DNA of 48,944 bases, filler included, from an uncultured virus (IMG/VR IMGVR_UViG_2049941000_000076) (lineage: Duplodnaviria > Heunggongvirae > Uroviricota > Caudoviricetes). It is 9 parts of one record of this genome, joined end to end, with 100 filler letters (N's around TTAATTAATTAA, not from the genome) between each part and the next. Parts side by side here need not be neighbours in the genome. Positions count along the whole stretch, not along the records: positions 40,505 to 48,944 come from IMGVR_UViG_2049941000_000076; 8 more parts are not named here. The stretch is one strand, 5' to 3'. Below are positions 42,601 to 48,944 of this stretch, piece after piece (position 1 is the first letter of the stretch; every line of letters begins with the position of its first letter). Both the position numbers and the translations under genes were made by a program. The notes beneath the pieces were generated by a model. The model searched no databases and was not told the origin of the DNA. It worked only from the letters and a program-made list of their open reading frames with translations.

Positions 42601-42711
42601 TATGGATTCATGGGCAATAGCCTTTGAAGATAAAGTCGCAGAGAAGCGACGTTAATAAAACGCACATAATGCTGAGAGAACAGCTTAGTTAAACGCAAGG
42701 AGGAATTTTGT

Positions 42712-43217
42712 ATGGCACAGATTGATACAAGCGGGATTGAGAATTTCGATTCCATGAGTGATGCTGAAAAGGTCAGCGCTCTGCTTGCTTTCCAGTACGA
42801 TGATGGAGCTGAAAAGCTGAAAACAGCAGAAGAAACCAATGCAAGGCTCAAAGCTGCGATGGACAAAGCGACTTCCGAAGCCGCTGGATTCAAAAAGCAG
42901 CTCAAAGAGAAGATGACTGCCGAGGAACTGAAACAGCAGGAATCTGACACCGCAATCAAAGAGATGCAGGACAAACTTGCTGAAAGCGAGAAGCGCATTG
43001 CAGAGTTTGAACAGCGCGAGAAGATTTCGACCGCGAAAGCCGCTTTTCTCGGAGGTGGATTCGATGAAGCAACTGCTGCTGATGCCGCAAACGCTTTTAT
43101 CACGGGCGATATTGAGAAGATGTCATCCGCCGTGAAGAAATTCCGTGAATCTATCGAGGTCAGCACAAAATCCAAACTGATGGGCAGCAATCCGAAACCG
43201 GAATCCGGTGCAAAAGC
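42712..43217 (+). CDS. Capsid scaffolding protein (DUF4355-like), gapped
   Basis: K...DKA.SEAA..KKQL..KMT.EE coiled coil upstream of the capsid gene. Confidence 0.82.
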
Positions 43218-43326
43218 CNNNNNNNNNNNNNNNNNNNNNNNNNNNNNNNNNNNNNNNNNNNNNNNNNNNNNNNNNNNNNNNNNNNNNNNNNNNNNNNNNN
43301 NNNNNNNNNNNNNNNNNNNNNNNNNN

Positions 43327-43796
43327 GCGTTATTCCTGCTGGAACGCTGATTCCGTCCAATGACGGCGCTGCTGAGGGCGTTCTTCTGCATGATGTGACG
43401 CTTGCAGAGAATCCGAACGGCACTGTCGTTGTTCACGGCTTTATCAAGCAGGCTGCACTTCCGGCTGCTCCGACGCAGGCGGCTGTTACTGCACTGATCG
43501 GCAAGGGCGTTCAGTTCATGGATAGCAACGGAAAGCCGCAGATTCAGAAGTACAGTGTCACATATGACAAGGGTGCTGCTGCATCCGGCACTGCGCCGAC
43601 TGATTCCAGTTCCCCGTATGCTTACGGTGCAACTGTCACGGCAAAGACTAACAGCGGTTCTCTCGTCGGTCCTACCGGTACGACCACATTTGACAAGTGG
43701 AATACTAAGGCTGACGGCAGCGGCACTGCGATTTCCGCAGGCGCTACATTTACTATCACCGCTGATACCGTGCTTTACGCACAGTTCAAGGCTTGA
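43327..43796 (+). CDS. Head decoration protein with a C-terminal InlB B-repeat (Listeria-Bacteroides repeat) domain
   Basis: IPAGT..GVLLHDV..VVVHGFI, then YSVTYD....G..P.....Y..G...F.KWNT.ADGSGT...G........LYAQF. Confidence 0.75.
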
Positions 43797-43815
43797 GGAA
43801 AGGAGGTAAACGCAG

Positions 43816-44889
43816 ATGAAACTTTCTGACGCATTTAATTCTAAGGCTATTGCCGCGAATTACACTTCTGACCCGTCTAACCGGATCCCGTATCTCGGTG
43901 AAGGTCTGTTCCCGCCTGACAAGAAAGCCGGTCTTGATCTGAAATGGATTACCGGTGCAAGCGGTCTGCCGGTTTCTCTGATGCCGTCCACTTTTGATGC
44001 GAAGTCTACGCTTCGTGATCGTGTCGGCGTGAATGTCACTGAAACTGAAATGGCATTCTTCCGCGAGAGCATGCTCGTGAAGGAAAAGGACAGACAGGAA
44101 ATCATGCGCGTTCAGGATTCCGCTGACCCGTATGCAACACAGGTGCTTGCACGCATTTTTGACGATGCAAAGACGCTTGTGGACGGTGCACTGGTTGTTC
44201 CGGAGCGCATGAGAATGCAGCTTCTTGCACCTATCGGCGGCTCTGTCGGTATCGCAATCACTGCGAACAACACCGATTACACCTATAACTACGACCCGAA
44301 CGGCGCATGGGCGGCGGCACACTATTCTGCTATCACGACCGCAAATGATATGTGGGATGCTCCTACTACTTGCGATCCGATTGCGGATATTGAAACGGCT
44401 CTGAACGCACAGGAAGCGGCAGGCGGCAACAAGCCGGAAATCCTGCTGATGAGCAAAAAGACGTTCAACTACATCAAGAATGCAACGTCTACTCGCAATT
44501 ACATCCTTGCTCAGAATACGAATGCAAACGTCTATCTGTCTGACAAGGTTGTGCGTGACTTCATCGAGAGTGAGTTCGGCGTTACCATCGTGATCTACAC
44601 GAAGAAGTTCAAGGATGAAGCTGGCACCGCTCATAACTTCTATCCGGATGATATTGTGATGTTCCTGCCTTCCGGTTCTCTCGGCAACACATGGTTCGGC
44701 ACTACTCCGGAGGAAGCTGACCTGAGAGATGACCCGACCGTTGATCTGGCAATCGTTGAAACCGGTATCGCAGTTTCTGTATACAACACGAAGAATCCGG
44801 TCAACGTCGAAACGACGGTTTCTGAGATCGTTCTCCCGTCGTTTGAGCGACTCAATGAGTGCTATGCACTTGAAGTCGTGACCTCGTAA
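43816..44889 (+). CDS. Major capsid protein (lambda gpE-like family)
   Basis: 357 aa. YLG..LFP..K..GL.L.W..FFRE..ERMRMQLL..DPI.DI..G.TPEE..VS.IVLPS motifs. Confidence 0.9.
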   Translation: MKLSDAFNSKAIAANYTSDPSNRIPYLGEGLFPPDKKAGLDLKWITGASGLPVSLMPSTFDAKSTLRDRVGVNVTETEMAFFRESMLVKEKDRQEIMRVQDSADPYATQVLARIFDDAKTLVDGALVVPERMRMQLLAPIGGSVGIAITANNTDYTYNYDPNGAWAAAHYSAITTANDMWDAPTTCDPIADIETALNAQEAAGGNKPEILLMSKKTFNYIKNATSTRNYILAQNTNANVYLSDKVVRDFIESEFGVTIVIYTKKFKDEAGTAHNFYPDDIVMFLPSGSLGNTWFGTTPEEADLRDDPTVDLAIVETGIAVSVYNTKNPVNVETTVSEIVLPSFERLNECYALEVVTS

Positions 44890-44902
44890 GGAGCTGAAAA
44901 AC

Positions 44903-45091
44903 ATGAAATACCCGTACAGTGTGAAAGCAAATGGCAAGTGGTATCGTCCGAACGAAAATGTGCCGGATGCACCTGTTCTGGATGCTGAAAGCACAAATCA
45001 GCGGGACATTCCTCAGGTCGAGGAGGTACAGACCGCAGATGCGGCTGTTGAGGATGAGCCTAGACGTAGAGGGCGTAAATCCACAAAATAA
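44903..45091 (+). CDS. Small head-associated protein
   Basis: VK.NG.WY motif, basic C-terminus, AAGGAG SD. Confidence 0.6.
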   Translation: MKYPYSVKANGKWYRPNENVPDAPVLDAESTNQRDIPQVEEVQTADAAVEDEPRRRGRKSTK

Positions 45092-45109
45092 GAGAAAGGG
45101 GCAGGAACA

Positions 45110-45445
45110 ATGACTAATGAAACAATGATTACGCTTGTAAAGAGTATGAGCGGCGAAACTTCGGATGCCGTTGTTTCTGCTTACCTTGATATGGCAGGCG
45201 ATGCGATCATTAACCGTGCATTCCCCTTCGCAACGGAAAGTGAACGCGAAAGCCTGACAGTTCCGGTGCGGTATCAGATGCTGCAATGTGAAATCGCGGT
45301 ATATCTCCTGAACAAGCGCGGAGCAGAAGGACAGACCTCACACAATGAGAACGGAATCAATCGCGGTTATGAAAACGGCGGGATCCCTGATTCCATGATG
45401 AAACAGGTTGTACCATTCTGCCGCGTTCCGGGCGGGGGTGCTTGA
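45110..45445 (+). CDS. Head-tail connector (SPP1 gp15/HK97 gp6-like)
   Basis: A.YLLNKRGAEGQTSH.ENGI.R.Y motif. Confidence 0.85.
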   Translation: MTNETMITLVKSMSGETSDAVVSAYLDMAGDAIINRAFPFATESERESLTVPVRYQMLQCEIAVYLLNKRGAEGQTSHNENGINRGYENGGIPDSMMKQVVPFCRVPGGGA

Positions 45446-45448
45446 CGC

Positions 45449-45826
45449 ATGAAAGCACTTGCGAAAAACAAGCAAACATTCTGGTACGCAAATATCAAAT
45501 CGCAGACCGCTGCTGTTGATGAATACGGGAATGAAACCGGTGAACAGTATCTTGAATACTATGAACCTACAGAGTTCACGGCAAACATTTCAGCGGCGCG
45601 AGGAACGGCTGATCTTGACGCATTCGGAATCAACGCGAATTACAGTAAGACGATTGTCACGGACTGCCTGACGCTCCCGATTGACAAGTCTACAATTCTT
45701 TGGGTTGACACTGCTCCGGATGATGGTGGAGAAGCCGGAGAAATCAAGCATGATTATGTGGTTGTCGCTGTTGCGAAATCGCTGAACAGTCTTACAATCG
45801 CNNNNNNNNNNGTGAGCGTGTCGTGA
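45449..45826 (+). CDS. Head closure/stopper protein
   Basis: DEYGNETG..ANISAARG..FG..DY.V..VAKSLN, and position in the neck module. Confidence 0.7.
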   Translation: MKALAKNKQTFWYANIKSQTAAVDEYGNETGEQYLEYYEPTEFTANISAARGTADLDAFGINANYSKTIVTDCLTLPIDKSTILWVDTAPDDGGEAGEIKHDYVVVAVAKSLNSLTIXXXXVSVS

Positions 45827-46326
45827 AAATCGAATGCACACTTTCTGCCGCATCTATTGCAAGCGCTGCGGAGCAGCTCAAACAGTATGCAGAATCGCTT
45901 GAAAAGAAGTCTGAGAAGCTCGTTCAATCGCTCGGTGATTTTGGCGCTGATTGTGCCGCAAATTATCTTGGGCATTTTGATACAGGTGAAACGCTGAATT
46001 CAATCGCGTTCACACAGAATAGAGCGGAAGGCAATGTTTCTGTAGCAGGTAATGCAGTTTGGATTGAGTTTGGAACTGGCGTCATTTCAAATGCAGGAAA
46101 TGCACCTCACCCGAAAAAAGACGAACTCGGCATGTCAAGCTGGGGAGAATATGGGCATGGATATGGCAAAGGAGTATGGGAATTCCCATCTAAAGAATAT
46201 GGATGGGGAATGCCAATACCTACAAAAGGTATTCCGATGAATCAGTTCATGTACCATTCTGCGCAGGATATGCGGCGAGAAATGCAGAGGATTGCAAAGG
46301 AGGTATTCAGAGATGATAGACGTTGA
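45823..46326 (+). CDS. Neck/tail completion protein (HK97 gp10-like)
   Basis: TG....SI..A.WIEFGTG..TKG.P...FMY motifs. Confidence 0.75.
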   Translation: MKIECTLSAASIASAAEQLKQYAESLEKKSEKLVQSLGDFGADCAANYLGHFDTGETLNSIAFTQNRAEGNVSVAGNAVWIEFGTGVISNAGNAPHPKKDELGMSSWGEYGHGYGKGVWEFPSKEYGWGMPIPTKGIPMNQFMYHSAQDMRREMQRIAKEVFRDDRR

Positions 46327-46606
46327 AAACATCATCTTCACCAATGTTGCAACTGCTGTTCGGGCTGCATTCAGTGGCATTTCAGTCTATGGTGAGTATG
46401 TCGAAGCTCCTGCGGCTTTTCCGTGCGTAACCATTGTCGAAGCTGATAATGCTGTATATGAGCGCACACGCGATCTTAATGGCATAGAGCATCATGCAGC
46501 GGTTATGTACGAAGTGAATGTTTACACGAATGATGCGCAAGCAAAAAAGACAAAAGCAAAGGCAATCGCAAATGTGATTGACAATGTAATGTCCGGAATG
46601 CAGTTC
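46313..46606 (+). CDS. Tail terminator protein (gapped)
   Basis: P..FPCV.IVE.DN..YEVNVY motif. Confidence 0.72.
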
Positions 46607-46676
46607 NNNNNNNNNNGTTGAAAAGAACGGCACCATTTACCATGTGATTCACACAACAAGATAAGGAGGAATCAAA

Positions 46677-47143
46677 ATGCCTGTTGCCATTCCTGTTGAA
46701 ATTACGACTGTCGGTGCGAAAGTCAAGTATGCCTTTGAGTCTGTTGCTGGCACACGCCCGACAACTGGCTATACTGAGCTTATCGGCGTTTCTTCTGCTC
46801 CGGCTCTGGACATGACGGTTGAAACGATTGACGTTTCCGACCTGAGCGATACCATTACGCAGTATGTTCCGGGCAGACAGGATCCCGGTGGTGACCTTCA
46901 GTTCACGCTCAATCACTCTGACGAAGCGATTGACGCATGGGACACTATGTTTACCGCTGCGGAGACTGCGCTTGCAAGCAAGCTGCGCATGTGGATTGAG
47001 TATTCATTCCCCGGTGCTACTTACAGCTATTTCTACTGTGCAAGACCGCTGAAACTCGGTAACGGCGGTATTGAGCAGAATGCTGCTGACACAATTCCGG
47101 CGCACGGTGTTCAAAGCANNNNNNNNNNGCTGCATCGACCTAG
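46677..47143 (+). CDS. Major tail tube protein (gapped)
   Basis: P.L....ETIDVSDL......YVPGRQD.GG.L.FT.N motif. Probable end ..AAST* at 47143. Confidence 0.85.
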
Positions 47144-47395
47144 AGTAATCCGAGCGCTCTCTCCCTGAACAAGTCAAGCACTTCTATTGTCAAGGAAGCA
47201 AATGAAACACTGACGGCTACTGTTGACAGCACAACGACGGGCACTTCTACGGTTACATGGGCATCTTCGGATGAATCCATTGCAACTGTGAATGCTTCCG
47301 GTAAGGTTGTTGCTGTTGAGGTTGGCACAGTTGTTATCACTGCTACTTGTGGCGATTATGGCGCGACTTGTGTGGTGACTGTCACGGCTAGCTAA
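47144..47395 (+). CDS. Ig-like (Big_2) domain extension of the major tail protein
   Basis: LSLNKSSTSI....ETLTATV......VTWASSDESIATV..SGKV.AV..GT..ITAT......C.VTV. No own start codon or SD seen. Confidence 0.8.
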   Translation, partial: SNPSALSLNKSSTSIVKEANETLTATVDSTTTGTSTVTWASSDESIATVNASGKVVAVEVGTVVITATCGDYGATCVVTVTAS

Positions 47396-47535
47396 TAAGC
47401 TGGTTCGCTCGTTAAACTCGATCTGTACGCTTGAAAATGCCGGACAGCATACGCGCGTATGTTTCTGCACCTATGATGCGGATTACGGCATCTTCATACA
47501 AACAATCAAACATCTTTCATAGGAGGATAATTAAA

Positions 47536-48090
47536 ATGGCAAAAGCAATCGAAATCGTGAAGCCGATCACTCTGGAAGTTGACGGCACGACCTACACTCT
47601 GGAATTCAACCGTAATTCCGTTATGTCTGCTGAGCGGGCGGGCCTTGTTATCGGTAACGTGCAGGATATGCCTGCAAACACTATCCCGCTTCTGTTCTAT
47701 TCTGCTTTCAAGATGCACCACCCGAATATCAAGCGATCTGAAACTGATGCAATTCTTGAAGCAATCAAAGCGACTTCCGAAGCCGCTNNNNNNNNNNNNN
47801 NNNNNNNNNNNNNNNNNNNNNNNNNNNNNNNNNNNNNNNNNNNNNNNNNNNNNNNNNNNNNNNNNNNNNNNNNNNNNNNNNNNNNNNNNNNNNNNNNNNN
47901 NNNNNNNNNNNNNNNNNNNNNNNNNNNNNNNNNNNNNNNNNNNNNNNNNNNNNNNNNNNNNNNNNNNNNNNNNNNNNNNNNNNNNNNNNNNNNNNNNNNN
48001 NNNNNNNNNNNNNNNNNNNNNNNNNNNNNNNNNNNNNNTTCCGATGATGAAGCCGGTAATGAAGGAAAAAACTTCAAATTCAGCCTGTAA
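47536..48090 (+). CDS. Tail assembly chaperone (gpG-like), gapped
   Basis: YTLEFNR.SV...ER.G..LFY.AF..HH motif. AGGAGG SD. Ends at a slippery site. Confidence 0.8.
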   Translation: MAKAIEIVKPITLEVDGTTYTLEFNRNSVMSAERAGLVIGNVQDMPANTIPLLFYSAFKMHHPNIKRSETDAILEAIKATSEAAXXXXXXXXXXXXXXXXXXXXXXXXXXXXXXXXXXXXXXXXXXXXXXXXXXXXXXXXXXXXXXXXXXXXXXXXXXXXXXXXXXXXSDDEAGNEGKNFKFSL

Positions 48091-48503
48091 CAACGGCTGA
48101 TAGCAAAAAACAAGAAAATAAACAGCCTAGCACGAATGAGGAACTGTACGCGACAGTGTTTCCATACTATTTGTCGCTAGGCTGTTCTTATAACGAATTC
48201 TGGTTTGAATCTGCGCATATAGCCGCTGCATATCGTGAAGCGGAGATATACCGCAGAGAACATGAAAATTACAATGCGTGGCTCAATGGCTTGTATGTGA
48301 ATTGCGCTGTAGGATCTGCGCTTGCACTTGCTTTTTGGAATCGCAAAGGCAAGAAGCCTGCCGGATATATTGAGTATCCTATTCCGTTCACAGAGCGTGA
48401 AAAAGAAGCGGATAAACAGCGCAAAATTGCAGAGACAATGAAGTTCATTCAAGCCGGACAGCAAAAAGCAAAGGAAGCGGCTGCTAAGAAGAAACAGGGG
48501 TGA
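48069..48503 (+). CDS. Tail assembly chaperone extension (gpT-like), via -1 frameshift
   Basis: Slippery A AAA AAC at 48066-48072. The -1 frame is open to 48503, with PYYL.LG.SY.EFW..AWL.G.Y motif. Confidence 0.8.
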   Translation, partial: KLQIQPVTTADSKKQENKQPSTNEELYATVFPYYLSLGCSYNEFWFESAHIAAAYREAEIYRREHENYNAWLNGLYVNCAVGSALALAFWNRKGKKPAGYIEYPIPFTEREKEADKQRKIAETMKFIQAGQQKAKEAAAKKKQG

Positions 48504-48509
48504 TAAAAC

Positions 48510-48944
48510 ATGCCGGGTGAAATTGATTCTCTTGAAATAAAGATTGCTGCTGATGCGCAAGACGCGAAATCGCATGTTCTCANNNNNNNNNNCTTCTGCG
48601 ACTGCGCCGCTGAAAGTGCTTGCGAACACTCTCAATTCTATTAAGATCAACAACGCGCCAATTCAACAGCTTGGCGAAGTTGTTGGGAAACTGACACCCG
48701 TAATTGATTCGCTTTCCAAAATGAAAGCGCCTGATAATATCGCGGGAATTGCGCAGTCTCTTTCCTCTCTTTCTGAGATCACAAAAGCCGTTTCGGAATT
48801 CAATGTCAAATCGAATTTTAAAGNNNNNNNNNNNNNNNNNTTGAGAACCTTGCGAATGTTCTTGGCGATATTAGAACAATCTCGCAGTATTCTCAAGGTG
48901 TTTCCGTGGATAAGACGTTTACGCAGAGCATTGAATCTATCGGC
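48510..48944 (+). CDS. Tape measure protein, N-terminal part
   Basis: MPGEIDSLEIKI.ADA. Contains the same (V/I)DK(T/S)F.QS repeat as 331-1500. Confidence 0.85.

Noticed and set aside
47766..47787. 22-bp identity with the scaffold gene (CAAAGCGACTTCCGAAGCCGCT, also at about 42864)
   Set aside because: It sits at a contig end next to a gap, so it is most likely a chimeric assembly tip rather than a biological repeat.

Overview
This is a near-complete temperate siphovirus genome, probably infecting a gut or rumen Clostridia host (inferred from protein families, SD motifs and sigma-A-type promoters). It is a fragmented short-read scaffold: many N gaps, eight artificial TTAATTAATTAA linkers, one Illumina adapter remnant, and locally shuffled contigs, so several genes occur in pieces. 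The map is circularly permuted, because the tape measure gene starts at 48510 and continues at 331. Modules in order: tail (1-7557), lysis (7572-8831), SGNH hydrolase, serine integrase with a candidate attP, a conserved cassette of unknown function (12466-14702), a CI/Cro switch, recombination and replication genes, DNA modification genes, TerS, a 5-kb divergent accessory island, TerL, portal, head (with a tRNA-Ile(UAU)), neck and tail. The standout is at 16768-17707. A solitary RAMP/Cas7-like gene is followed immediately by a non-coding 425-bp array of eight GGCA-delimited units built from 5-nt periodic G-N-H-N-N pentamers (semi-conserved triplet plus variable dinucleotide), then by a likely partner gene. 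This looks like a compact phage-encoded RNA-guided system, resembling what I recall being described as VIPR, but with a more degenerate GTY/GGY triplet. All family assignments are by motif recognition, not database search.
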